Part shown: positions 26,301 through 41,300 of the stretch, piece after piece
How the letters are laid out: the number at the start of each line of letters is the position of its first letter
Position numbering within the stretch: the stretch's first letter is position 1
Source: Antedon mediterranea
Taxonomy: Eukaryota > Animalia > Echinodermata
Direction of reading: 5' to 3'
Assembly: GCF_964355755.1 (NCBI RefSeq)
Contig: NC_092680.1
Location: 5,146,001 to 5,210,000 of the forward strand
Length of the DNA stretch: 64,000 nt
The notes under the pieces: model-generated
Seen by the model: the letters and a program-made list of their open reading frames with translations, nothing else
What the model was told of the DNA's origin: nothing
The model's database searches: none
Made by a program: the position numbers and the translations under genes

Positions 26301-29300
26301 AAAAATAATTATAAATATTTGAATAACGTATTGCTCAAACACAGATTTGTATCGTTAGTTTCCCCATCTTCATTATTATTTTCTGTTGTGAGAGACACGC
26401 GTTAAGTAATTAGAATAAACTTAGCTTTACTTCATGAATAGTCAGTTTGCTTTAATTCCATAGACGTCTTGTTCTGATTTTTGCTCAGCAAAGTAAAATG
26501 CCATTATCATTATCTACCCCAGAGGCCATCGAATAAAAAACTAGAGATCTTCCTGTACTTTATATCGTTGCTCTTTATATCATTGCTGTTTTTTTAATTT
26601 TCTACAATGATGCAAATGATGAATCATATATTTTGCAGCATTGGCTGCAGGTGTGACGTGGCTGTATATCAAACTTCATGTGATGTGCCCATATATGGAC
26701 ATGATGACATCATACCACTACCATATTTGGGGATATTACTGTCATTTTTGGGCACATCACACTTGTTTTGTCAAATTATTTTGATAGTGTAGGCAGAGCT
26801 TAAGCCAAATAATGTTGGTTTCACGTCCCCTTGTTATATTTTGGACACGAATTATATTGCATTACTATAAATCTAAATTATAAATTATGGACATAATTTA
26901 TTTATATTCCGTAAAAAATGGAAAGAATGTTAAATCGAAATTGCACGGTCACGAGATACAATCGTCAAATGTGTTCTGTGTGTTTGCAGTGACTTTTAAT
27001 TATTATATAATATAAGAAGAACCTGTAATAAACTGTCCAACATGAAGTTATTAAATCAAATTTAAAAATCTGTTAATCAAGGCAATTTGTATGTTCTAAT
27101 TATTGTTTTTCCTGTATTTTCCCGTGTGTTCTACATCCGTCACTGCACTCTCTGATGACAACGTTATATCATCGAAAGGGAAAGGGAGGGAGGGTAACCT
27201 GTATAATTGACCTTTGTATTCCACGAAAAGAAACAGGATTTTTCTTTTAATAATTACGATTTATCTTCTAAGCCTGTTTATAAATGTTGATGTACGACAT
27301 TGTATAATTATCCTAATCGCTATCAAGGGAATACTTTCTATTTCGACCTCGTGTTGTACAGGTGACAATGGAGTTGTAGTGTTTGTGCATCTTTTGTGTA
27401 TTGACTATTATGATGTAACAGCAATCGAAAGTCCTTATGTCAAACATAATCATTGCAATCGTATGTTAAGAATGTTTTTGTTTGAAAGTAATCATTGCTT
27501 TCTTACTGATAGTTTGGAAAATAGGTTTTAAATGCACGGGTTTATTTTTTTTTTAATAATAGAAAATAGCATAGCAAGCAGAATTATTTTATGTACAAGG
27601 TTATAAAATCTGTATATTAGTTTCCCTATTTAATTAATCATGTTTACTGGCCTATATGTACAGAACTTTCGTTCGGAAATGTTTTTTTCTTGTTTTCGAT
27701 CGAGTTACAGGGAAGGACAATGGCCATTACAGCCATACGGCACAGGTTTAAGTCACTCCTTGACCATGCTTCTCTTAATAAAGATTAAAACTAGATGCTC
27801 TAGTGCACCGAGCTTGTGTGTGCACATAAAACCCAGTGCATGTTTCGGAAGTTATAGGCGTTACCCCGATGTTCTATCCCATTTTTAGCAAACTGTGTTA
27901 ACCGGGCCTACCTAAAACAGTAACGCTTTCGGTGTAGGTCTATGGGTGAAATGGGTTGTTAAAAAAAGAAAATTTTTAATTAATTGACCGAATGAAGATC
28001 GAACTGCCAACCCCAAAAATCGAAAACAACAACCTGCTTGTAAGCTCGGTTATTTTCTTCTACGACATCCACTTTGCTAATCCGTAGCACGCACCTACTT
28101 CCGACGTCACATTATCAGCAATACATTACTCAAAAATATTATTGACACTAAGCCTACGTTGGAATTGAACGAAAGGCATTCTGATTGAATGCTATATGAT
28201 ACGGTATCTGTAGATACTAAACAATTTGGACTAACATTGCTTAATGTACTAGCATGAACAGTGTCATTCATTAGTTACCTTTATGGTTATCTATACAACA
28301 TAGGTTCAAACAAATTAAAATGTGACTTTAAACAAGACAATCAAGTTCCAGTACGTCTGCTGAAAGTAGACGATATTAATTTATGGCTATTCGACGACCA
28401 CAAATGGTAGACAATTATATCACCACTTCACCCCCCCCCCCCCGCACTCCATATTCCCCCACCACGTAAAATACATTTTAAGTTAATTACAGTACCTTCC
28501 CCAAAAATGAATTGTAAATTGCAGTTAGTGATGGCGCTAGTTACTATTCGCTATGCATGATTAATTTTGAGAACACGGTTACGTAAAATAAAATACGGTG
28601 TATACGTAGTGCTTGTTGGATGGGTTGTTGTATACAATAAGGTACGAATGAACGTCGTTACTTTGTACGAGAGAATTCTAAACGGCATAAAGGAGAATAG
28701 TACTGTATAAAGGTCATGGATGTACACTTTCAATAAAAGTATAATGAAAAATGTTATTGGCATTTAGGCACTCTGTGATGATGATGACGTGTAAACAATG
28801 CGTTCATTCTGAAATAACTAAACAGCGCTGGCGCAGCGCAGGCCTAATAACCAGCGTAGGACCGACGACCAAACTACGTCTATATATTATTCACTATGCG
28901 CATGCGGAGATATTGGGACGTGTATCCTCGCTCCCCCCAACTCGACAGGTTTAATGGTTTATAGGTTCAGGCGACTGACCTGGTCTAGCTTGATCATCGA
29001 AAATCAAAAGCTCCCTATTAAGGACCTCAAACGGCCTATGGTTAATTATGATAAACTTTTGACATTAGAAATATATTACCGGTAGTAAACAAGCGCAATA
29101 CACTTTTATTTCTCTATAAATTAGACATCAAATAAAAACGTGCTTATATTTACATTTCGCACCTGCGCACATTTGTCAAAAAACACAATTATTATTATTA
29201 CAAGTATGGATTAAATAAAGGCCATACTTCAGTGTACTTGTAAACATACATCTAAAACCGAAGATGTATCGCACCGATTTACTCGCAAATACTTTATGAA

Positions 29301-32300
29301 GGAAGACATACAATATTACGAGATTCTTGTCTTTCCTGTTTTGTTCTTAGTGATTAGCATATACATTATAAATCTGGCTTGCACGTACAAATGATGTACC
29401 GTACCATTAAATATCAACTTTTGAACGCGTGCTTAAAGTATTTCTTATCGTGTGACATACTGGTGAATTCTCCCAATTGTCATTGCGCGTAATTACACGC
29501 CATTGTACGTAATTGCGTGTCGAAAATAATGTTAAAACAACCGAATATCGGTCCCTATAGAGTTGTCGGTGACGACAGACGTGATGGTGAAACCTGCAAC
29601 ACATTCATATTTTTGAATATATTGTCTGGCGCCATTTTTGGAAAAAGGAATTAACATAAACAACATTGTAATTTAATGTTGTAATTAGTTTAAAGATGGT
29701 GTTTAAATTAAGAGAAAAACAGTTTATGTTTTGGTTAAAAACCGAAAGCAGACGTTTAAAAGAAAAATAATGATATTGTTGAATGATGTTACGATATCGT
29801 ATAACTAGGCCTAATAATTATTATTATTATTTTTATCTGGCTAACTACGATACCTTTATACGTCGTCATTCGCCATCACCTCTCGCCACGACGTACTGCT
29901 TATAATATAACTCACTATTTTATTATTTTATAATAATAATGAAATTAAAAGAAACCTTATTTTGTTATCTCTCTTGAAGACATTGTTATTATGCTGACTC
30001 ATTGTGTTTCTCTTTAAAAACCGCCTAAGCGGCTAAATAAAATTATAAGATCCTGACGATAAAATGCGTAAAATTGTCATTATATCGCGCGTCGTTCAAA
30101 GACTGCGACAAACAGACTCAAGGTTTTACAATATTAGCATAGATGTCGCTCCTTAATTTCACATATTTTAACAATAAATCAGTCACTTTGCTATCTAGTC
30201 TATAATTGCTATTGTTGTGGACGTTTTTTCCCTGTTTTCCCCCAATCGTCACGTGATCTTACGTCGTGTCATCACCGAGTCAGTTATTTTCACCTTGCTT
30301 GGGGGAGAATTACCAGGTACGAGAAATTCATTTCCGATTCGTGAGATGGATGTTATAAGGCTTCGTGTTATTTTATATAATTAATACCGTTGTCACGAGA
30401 CTTTATGATAATGGGGTTTAAGTTACTACACGCGATGGTATTCATTATAAAGCAATACTAGTAATTCTGATTAAAAATATAATGTACAGATAAGCAGCAA
30501 TGGAACGAGCTTCTGATATAAGACATCATCAACATATTGTCAAATTGCGGGCTATATTAGTTTCTTCGGTCTATCTTCATTATGAATACATAGTTACATA
30601 AGAATGGGATAAATTACACGTAACACAGTAGAAATATGATGTACTGTTGATATATATGTGGCTGAATGATATCTACAAAGGTCGTATCATGAGCAACAAT
30701 TTTACTGATTCGTATTGACTTTGATTTGATTTTTAATATGTTTCCTAAAAAGTTTATATAAAATTACGTATTACAGATTATAAGGATTAATAATTAATAT
30801 AAATTTCTTAAATAATTTTAAAATTTACGTCGTATTTTTAGTCGTAAAATGAACGACATAGTAGATTCTGGGTCTACATTACCACCTAAATACTTGAAAA
30901 CGTGACCAAAATAGGAATATAGTGAGAATATTAGGTTTGATGAGGTGGATTAATTAATAGGCCTATTGGTAATTAATATTTTATAATTCTTTTTCAACTG
31001 GTTCTATAGCTCTGTCTACACCATCAAACTATAGTTTGACAAAAAATGTCTGATATGTCCAAGTATGATAGTTATTTGCCCAAATATGGTAGTGGTATGC
31101 CCAAATATGGTAGTGATATGACATCATCATGTCCATATATGGGCACATCACATTTTCATTTGAAAGCTTCAAATAGATCAAATGTCCGAACGAGCAAGAG
31201 ACGTATCTGAGTTGGAGTGGTTTTTTTTTTGTGGCGACTTTTTGTCAGTCTAGCAGATTTCCTCATTTATACCGTTTCACGATTTATTTTCATCAACATA
31301 ATATTACTGAGAGTGGTTTTGAGTTTCCTTGTTTGCTTTTAAAATTGAAACATAATAGTACACCTGTACATTATAGTTTAAAACTCAGTGACGTTTCGTG
31401 TATGTTAAACACATTGTTTCTACTAGTATCTTGTTTCGTGATATATTATATAGTTATAATTAAACTACTGTATATAATATTAATTTATATTAACCTTGCT
31501 GTATTGAACTATGGAAGTATGCATTGACCTCTCCGATGTGCTCATCACATATGTATTGCTTCTAGGCCAGAAAGCTGAATTTCTCTTATGGAATGCAATG
31601 ACGGTATTGATTTTTCTAAGTAGTGTGTTTGCTTTTCTCGTCTCTAGCTACGCGATGAATGATTTCAATTACTGTTAACCTAGGTTTCTTTCAGAGGCCT
31701 ACGATAACAAAATAGTGACATTTGGAATGACATGTCCATAATACTGATCGCATCGCCAAAATGAATTCTGTTAGTCCACCGATGTCCCATTGACTACTGT
31801 CCCATAGTCAACTTTGATTTTCCGAAACACTATGATTCTCAATGCTGTATCTCCACATGACAATATTTGCCCAGTATCATACATACTCCGGTAGTAATAG
31901 AGTATACCATGTGATGCCTTTATCATGGAAGGTTGGGTCTTCGACACCGGCGCCCGGTCATGACACCGCGACGACACGTGAAACACAGATATCAGTCATA
32001 ATATGGTCAAATGTACCAAGTCGGGTCTTGTATGGCGATACAATACAACGACATATTCAAAATGATAATAATGTATATTTATCATTATCATACACATTAA
32101 TCATTGATTACTGCCAACTAGGCCTAAAGTAGATTATTCCGCATTAAGATCACTTTGAATTTCCCTTTCAATCATCATGATGTCAATGTTGTATTGATAA
32201 AGAAATAATCATTTCTGCATATCATTATCCAGCTAAATTATTTTTTTTTTAAATCAGACGTTTACAAAATTTTATTTCGATAAAAATCAAAATGACGTTA

Positions 32301-35300
32301 TCATCATTATCTAAAAGTCATCCCAATAACCTTTCCATATTACCTTTATCATATAGAATTCAAATCCATTATTGTGCATTGCTAACTAGTATTATATAAA
32401 ACATATATATGAATATACAAACTATAAGGTTCCTGGTTCGAATCGGTTGGGCGACTTTTTTTTATTCTCACGGATTTCCTCATCTTTATCGTTTCAAATT
32501 AATTAATTAATACAATTTCAGTATATCAACTGACGGTTTAGAATTTATTCTGTGCCTGTGGTGTTTATATATACGAACATAAAAATATTCATATAGTTTA
32601 GCACTGAACTTTGAAACATATGGCACATAGCGAAATGGTAACAAGAACAAAGACACATTTTAAGTCTTTAATTTCTTATATCAACGGTTATTCACCTTCA
32701 ATAACTCTTCCTAGGATATTGGTACGCGGATTATGCTTAATTAGTCGGATCACTCACGTGACGTTTAATTAGTGTCATAGATTAGTTAAGGCCCAGTGAT
32801 GTTTCCATTCCCCTTGATGGTACCGTATCTATCATCGTATACCTGACTTGATACAGCCGTTTCGTACATACCCGCTTACTGGGACAGTACTACGTGTGAA
32901 AAACCTATCTGTTGGAATTTGCGTGAGAGGGAGACTTCAAATTCGTCCTTTTGGTTAAAGCCCCTTGGGTGACCGAGCTACTTACGCTATCATCCTGATG
33001 AGAGAGTCAAGTTTATAAGCTATTCTGATTCCATCGAGGCACTATATAATGTGGGTATCAAATTGCGAACACGAGTCTTATTGGTTCCAACATCCTACGC
33101 AACGCGAGAAGGGCGTAGACGTAAGTGAATCCACCAAGCAACAGTTTTCGCGCCGCGGCTCTAGCCAGCTATGTCCCAGGAGGACACATTCATTAATAAG
33201 CTGTTTCATAGCGGTAGCTTTAGTATCTAAGGCTGACAGTTTTGTGAATTTGGAAACTCGACTATAATTTATAGGTAGCTGCTGGACCCAAAAAACGTCT
33301 GGGAGAAGAGAGTCTATATGAAAGCCTTTGCTGATAATACAGTATTATTGAGATGTAGACGGAAATCTGTAAAATCTTGTTCAATAAATAATAACTTCGT
33401 TTTTGCTGTCAACCAGGCCGGTATTATAATAAGTCACTGTCAAACAATCATTCGATAATGGTCAAAACTTTATTTTGGCTCTGTCAATATAAAGGGAGGT
33501 ATTTACAATGACTTTCTTTTGACTGTCAATCTAGGCCAAATGTTATAATAATACGCCGTCAGATATTAAATCATTGAAACAGTCCTGGTAAATTTTGTTT
33601 GGTTATCAGATGCCGTGGAGGGCCCAATCAATTATCGTCAGAAGGTGAACAATCAGTCTAGGTAGCAGCAGCAGATTATTAGTATAGGAACGCCTGCTCC
33701 ATTAATTAATCCAGAAAAAGGTTTGTACATTATCTATTTGTGTATTAGCCTTCTCCTAACACAATTATATTTTCTTTAAAAAAGGGTTTTATAAGTGGTT
33801 TCAACATTTATGATAGTAATGTCACAGTTCTGTGTCTGGACGCAAGTTCATAGACCTACTAGTTATATTATTCATATTAACTGATACTTACTCTTCATTT
33901 ACCGTAAAGTTCAGTTTTAATGAAATATATAATATAAATTGGCTTCGTAACAATTAATTAGTGTTGAAAAGGTTAGTTTTTTGGTGATAGGTGAAAATGA
34001 CATGTAACTTCGTAATCATTTTATTTCTTTTTGTATAAAGGCCCAATTACACTATGACGATAACGACGGACGATAAATATATAGCATGCATTTTTTTTAC
34101 ATAAACCAAAAGAAATTAGAAAGGTTTTCGTTCTAGACCTATAGGATAATCATTTATGCTGTCTTTGATAAAAAATAATAATGTTTTTCAAATTCCAATC
34201 AAATGACGTCATGATAAATAAAAACAATAAAATCGCTGTATTGTCACGATATTATTGGTCTTACTAATCATTCACTAGTCATTTGATTGGACGTGTGAAA
34301 ATATAATTTTCATCAAAGGAATTGTTTATATTTCTTTTGGTTTATGTATTAAAAATGCACATTTGTCTTTTTATCGTCGATCGTTATCGTCCTAGTGTAT
34401 GGGCCTTATGCTGTAAATGTTCAATTAATTGATCATTCCGATTTTATTAGTTGGACTCTTGCACAGTTGCTGTCTAATCGTTGTTGTGTAATATCATTTC
34501 GAACCATATTAAAATCATAAAGAGATTCATATCAGGGGTGGCGCCAGGATCTTCCCGACGCGGGGGCTACATTCCCCGACGAGGGGGCTATGCGAGCGAA
34601 GCGAGCATCACTAGGCTGGAGGCCAGGGGGCCGCCAAGGGCCCCCGGTGGGGGTCCAGGGGGCGAAGCCCCCGGAAGCAACGCGTTCTAGCGTCATTTGA
34701 GGTAATTTTAATCAGATTTAGGGTAGCCATTTTTTCCATTTTTTATAATGCATAAATAAAATACTGCGTGCAAAAAAACGATGCGCGATGACTGTTTCAA
34801 TCCATATTTTTCAATTTAAAAAATAAAAGTTCAAAGAAAATTTAGAAAAATAGAGTTGGAGGTCCCGGAAATTGGACTTATACTTCAAAACATGAAACAA
34901 AATATATAAGTCCCTATCAAGGTTGTGACTGAGCTAAGAAATGTAGAAAAAAAAAATAGAGATGTTAGGTCCCGGAAAATGCACTTCTTGTACTTCGAAA
35001 TATGATTTTATTTATTGTTGGGGCTGAGCTAAGAAAATGTTTAAAACTGCAGGTCTTCAAAAAATTGCATTTTATACTTTGGAAACATCAGGCCTAGAGG
35101 CTTAAAAAACGCAAGTAGACATTTTTCAGTCGGGGAAATAAGTTTATTCCTCCCAAGTGTATGCGTGCGTACCATCTGGACTTCCGAGTGGTGAGAAATT
35201 CATGACATACAGGACATTGAAAATGTAATAACTTAGCTATAATAAGATGTTGGCTAAGCGAAAATGGCACGTTTTTTTTGTTTAGTAATGGATGAAAAAT

Positions 35301-38300
35301 TTATTTTAGGTGCCCCACGGTACAGAAGGTTACTTGTAAATTAAAAAATTGGTGAACATACGAACAATTAACTTAATTCGTTTTTGCTGTAGTGTAGCGT
35401 ACGTCGACACAGTACACGACGTAACCGTCGGTAAACTTCGCCTGGAAAATAACTACAGTACACATTTTGGTCCCCTGATGGAACATGATATCACGCGTCT
35501 CGACCCAACGTTGAACGATTCGTACAAAGGGATACCGCCAGACAAGTGCGTACCTAGCTATTGTTTAGTAGTAAGTTAGATCGCTGGCAATAATGAATGC
35601 ATATAAAGTGCATAATATCACTCTGACGTACTCTCACGGTCAATGAAACGTCGCGGTTTTCTAGGCGCTGAAGCTAGCTACGAAGTGAACGCGAACGCTT
35701 TTTACTGTATATTATATTCCCCGACAAAAAGTACCCGTGTTCCCTTCGTTAACCGTCGGTAAACTTCGCCTGGAAAATAACTACATTACACATTTTGGTC
35801 CCTGGATGGAACTTGATATCACGCGTCTCAACCCAACGTTGAACGATTCGTACAAAGGGATACCGCCAGACAAGTGCGTACCTAGCTAATGTTTAGTAGT
35901 AAGTTAGATCGCTGGCAATAATGAATGCATAAAAGTGCATAATAGCCCTCTGACGTACTCTCACGGTCAATGGAACGTCGTGGTTTTCTAGGCGCTGAAG
36001 CTGTATGAAGTGAACGCGAACGTTTTTTACTGTATATTATATTCCCCGACAAAAAGTACCCGTGTTCCCCGACGGGGGGGGGGGGGCTAGGCTCCCCGAC
36101 GAGGGGGCTAGAGCCCCCGTAGCCCCCCCGCTGGCGCCACCACTGATTCATATTCCTTAACATGTGGCTGTGCATGGAAGTCCGGTCTACAAAAACTCGG
36201 GCCCGGGATCATTGTTATTGGGCCTGAAAGTGTTGGTGAATTCATAATTATACTTAATATTATATTTATATATATATATATAATTATATTATTATACAAT
36301 TGAAAGCAAAACCCGTTGAATCTCAAATCATTAGGACTAGAAATTTGGTTTATCAATCAATTAAATACTTTCGTTCAAAATGAAACTCCAACCTCTCTAA
36401 TCAAAAGATTGAACTCGAAAACGGACCGTTTTTTTTAATTGGGTATGTTGAAACATTTCAATATTCATTTAAAAAAGTACATTAATTGTGGTATTGATCA
36501 GTGGCTATAGAGGCGTAAAAACCCTCGATCAATATCTTGTAAAATGCACTGTGGAAGGGTCATTATTAAGACTGCAAAATTGGGCTTATCAACAAATAAA
36601 TACTTTCGTTCAAAATGTAAAATCAAGGCTGAAAAATTGGGCTTATCAACAACAAAATAATTTATTATTAGACGCGATATCATCAAGGATAATCAGTATA
36701 ATAATTATTAATATAGCCACTGTTACTAGTTTTATTCTACATGCTAAAGTAAATAAAAATCCACTAGAAAACAAACAAGTCTGAATGTTATGCTTATTAG
36801 CCATGTTATGTTTGTTACTGTAGGCCTATGATTGTTTGCAATGTCCACATATTATTTCCGTGGGCATATCCATAGTGTATCACTCACAAAAAAGACGTGT
36901 GAGGTCCTTTCTTTAGATTTTGACGAATGATTTGTGTTACAGGTTGACACATGAGTCAAATGCTCAAGATATCGGCTAACGCCATGGGACCCTTGGCTTA
37001 TCAATGAATAATAAATACAGTACTGCTTTCGTTCAATTGAAATCGGAATCTGACCATTTCATTAAATTGGGTGTGGTTAGGCCTAAACATATAATAATTT
37101 ATTAAAAAGGTACAATAAAAACAAATGCATCAGAGGCGTAAAGAACCCACGGTCAATATCATGTAAAATTTATATGGTATAAGCACTGTGGAAGGGGTCA
37201 TTATTATTAAACTGGAAATTCGGCTTATCAACAAATAAATACTTTCGTTTAAAATATAAAATAAGACTGCAAAAGTGGGCTTATCAACAAATAAATACTT
37301 TCGTTCAAAATGTAAAATAAGACTGCACAATTGGGCTTATCAACAAATAAAATACTTTTTTTCAAAATGTAAGAAAACATTTTTTAAATATAATCCTTAA
37401 GCTCTGTCTATACTATCAAACTAAATATGATGTGCCCATAATTATTATATAGACATGACGATGTCCCCCCGATGTCCACTACGATATTCGGGCATATCAC
37501 TACCATATTTGGGCACATCACACTTTTTTTGTTAAACTAGTTGGGACAGTGTAGACACAGAACTATGTGATCGAAACATAAGTCGGAATTGGACTGACGC
37601 GATTGATTTAATTGGGTATTTTTATTAATGTAATGATTCATTAAAAACTATAATACCGATAAGCGTTTGGTATTGATCAATGGTGCAACAAACCCTGAGA
37701 AATAATGGTATAACGCGATTTGGTGATAGCTTAGCAATAATACAACCCATATAGGCCTACTATTATTATAAATACCTATTACAAATCCATTCATATAACT
37801 TTTCATCGCGAACCGAAAATGTATAAATGTTATTCTACAGACAGTAATTTTATATTCAAAAGCCATATTATTATTATTATCAATACCTAAATGCGATAGT
37901 AATAACCACATAAACATAAATTATTCCCAATACAAGTTTGTGCGTTTAATTCTAGAAAGAAACGACTGTGCTGACAGGCCAATGACATAAATCACAAGTA
38001 AAGTCCCAATTGTTCACTTGCGTTTTGATTGGCCGACCTATTATATTAAATTAATGAAGACTGTTCTTACAACTGTCCAGTCAAAAAGTTACGCGGCGTT
38101 TTTTGTAAGAAATATTTCTTGTTATATATCCATCCCGTCGTGATACTTCCGGCGCGCTTACGCCCTTGCGTTGCGTTTCACGTGGGAACAGAGACAATGA
38201 TGCGTGTGTGTTATGCGTGTGTGTTATCCGTGTGCAACCGTTCCATTCAATTGGTTGACCGCGAGTATAGGCTAAATTATGGTTGTGCAAATTTTGGTAA

Positions 38301-41300
38301 AACCCTCTTAATCGGGTACTGAATAAATAAAGAGAAGAATGCATAATAGGCCTATTTGATGTCGTAAAGAGACGTCGAGATCCGACTCAATCCTTATATT
38401 ATTTATGTTGCAACAAAAACGTACAGTAATTAAGGTAAGTGATTCTCTGTGTGAAACGCATTCCACTGTATGCAGCGCTACCACGCATCACAGTGGGCCG
38501 ATTTTATTTTAATGGAACGGTCAAAAACGTAAACGTCTATATTTTTATTTTATTTTCTTCAAAGCGCACTTTATTATTAGATAGTTTAATTAGGGCCTGG
38601 TAATTTAACCAATTCAAGGAAAAGATTAATCGCTTGTAAAGATTTACATACCGTTGCCCATCGCTGCTATGCGTTTCAATGGCTGATTCCAAACTTCCAT
38701 GCGTCACTGAAACCAAATTCTTAGACATTACCATAGATTCTAACTTAAACTGGAAACCTCATATTAATCGTGTATCTAATATAATTTCTCGGAATTTAGG
38801 AATGATGAACAAACTAAAATATCATTTACCACCTCGAATTCTTTTAATACTTTATAGCACTTTAATGTTACCATATCTTTCTTATGTTAATATCGCATGG
38901 GGAGTCTTTATCACTAAATTCGAAACATTATGTCCTTGTCTAAGTACCGAAACGTCCAAATATGACTACCTATTTAGACTCCAGAAACGCTCACCCTGCA
39001 ATTCCCATCTTAGACTACATTCCATTTTTTATGCTGGCCCCTAATTATGGCAAATTATTTCCAATTTAAACTTAGATAAAACATCGTTACGTTGTTGTGT
39101 TGCGTCTCTAGTGGAAACCACGCATTAAGCTTGGTTTCCAGACGCTACGCAATGGCGTAGCGCAGCGCAAGTGAGTTGACCAATCACATACGACAGTTTG
39201 GATGATGCTTTGCGTCCAAATGGGAACCAAGCAGTCTTAATGTTTCTTTGATTTGCTTTCCGTAGTCTGATGTAATTTCAGGGCTTCAAACTGATAACAG
39301 GTATCGGATAAGTCAGCCCGTATCCTCTCGTACCTTCACATACAATGTCAAGCTTCCCGAAGCCTGTGAAAATCGATTGAATCATGGCTTTGGCTGAGGA
39401 TGCTATGCTAGCGCCAAGCTACATTGACTAGAAATTTCATTAAGCATCTAAGCCCATAATTACATTTAGTATTTCAATGTTAATACGGTAACGAATCATG
39501 TTGTGAGTTGAGCCAATTTCTTATGAATGAATATCGTCTCTGTCGTCCATTTACGGTGAATAGTTCAAATTGTATAGGTAATTTATCTGCCTGTCTTCCA
39601 TACATTATCAAGATATTATGGATATTTAATAATCTATTGTCCACTATTATGACCAAAAACGATTGTCATTATATTTATAATTATGATTGTTCTCAATTTC
39701 AATGAAATTTATGAACGTGAGCAGAGGTTAGTTTGTCGAGAATCGTTGTGCTATGCATAATTTCCATTCCAAATCTATGAAATTTCACCAGTGTTTTTTT
39801 GGAAAACAAAACATAAATTGTTTTACAGTACAGTACTACCCCAATAAAGGGACATAGAAACTAACACGGTTTCCTCTATAAATAATGGTGTCCACTGAAT
39901 ATGGGTTGGCCATGTTGAAACATTATTTCCCCCCCACGGGAAAGTACCGTACCTCTTAATAGCTGGGATTTCACCTGAAGGGGTGTGGGGGGGGGGGCGA
40001 CGAAGACATTTCTTAGGTTATTGGGTGTACCAAAGGGGTATAAGAACACAAACGTGTAGTACAGTGCCGTAGTTATTCTGCTAAATTTGTTCTTTAATTT
40101 CAAGCAAACTGCAGCGGTCGGACGAATAACAACACCTACAAATTTTGGTTTTAACATTTGTAATCATCAGGAATAATAATTATACCCCAAGGGTTATTAG
40201 CATCTCATCGGTCCCTAATTATATTTTTCTTCCATATATTGTTTTACAAGGTATCTCTGTATGAAAACGTTGAGTGAAGCGTTGCGTTGCAGAAGTCATT
40301 TTTCCAATATCAATATTTGTCCAGATCCGTATCATATGGAAATCACGTATATACTTGTGTATGGTGTCCGTATCATGTAAGCTTAGTTTATGGTCTATGA
40401 TAAATAGGAGAAGCATAAGAAACATGTGTGATGCTGTATCACGATATTTCACTATGGTATGTACAGAGTTACAGTGCCGCTAATCGGTTGTAGCTGGGCG
40501 ACCACGGGAAAACATATTACGTCTCCCACCCCGAAGCTTACGCTGTGCAGTTTACAGTGTTCATCAGGTATACTTAGGTTTCGCAATTGAGGAACAGTTA
40601 TGAAATTAGTGATATGACAGTACTCGACATGTTGCCCGTTGGGAAAATACATCTTTTCTGGATAATATTACCGATTGCATTTCTCGTTCTGTCTGAATTT
40701 GTAAGGGGACCCTTACAATTTCAATAATGAAACCAATGTAACAACTTTACGCGGAGAATGAAGGGTGGAACCTGCGCAGAGCATAATCGTGAAACCTCTG
40801 TCTACACTATCAAACTTGTTTGACAAAAAAAGTGTGATGTGCCCAATATGGTAGCGATATGCCCAAATATGGTAGTAATATGACATCATGTCCATCATGG
40901 GCACATCATATTTTTTTGTCACATAAAGTTTGATAGCGTAGACAGAGCTTTACAGGAAACCGTTTTATATTTTCCTTTGTTTTTGGACTACATTCTTGAC
41001 AATTTCTTTTTTTCGCGTTCCTAAATATTCGAGAATTTATTTTCTGAAGATTCTAAACGTCTTCGCTCAATTTTCGCTGACAATAAGTGTTTTCCTTATT
41101 TTAATGATTTTGGTATTTCTATTTGTCCCTTTGTTACTTGGTCATTTTGATCGGTCTATACGTGTTTTCCACCGTATTCCACATTTACCGAGCTTGACCA
41201 ACGGTTCAAGATGACCTCAAATAAGGTTATTATGGGCGATAGACCAAGAATCAATAGATACATGCAATACATAATGGATTGCAGTTTGATGAGGGCGGTT

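Noticed and set aside
27152-27177. Hammerhead core CTGATGA...GAAA (also CTGATGAG near 32996)
   Set aside because: Stem II cannot close, and there are no supporting stems I/III or correctly placed GAAA.
27691-27745. Possible extra Trk exon (ttacag|GGAAGG...ACAG|gttta)
   Set aside because: Weak donor, no LRR pattern, and exons 1 and 2 already join in frame with the canonical Trk architecture.
40219-40652. Adjacent minus-strand ORFs suggesting a nested gene in intron 1
   Set aside because: No recognisable homology or consistent splice structure could be seen.
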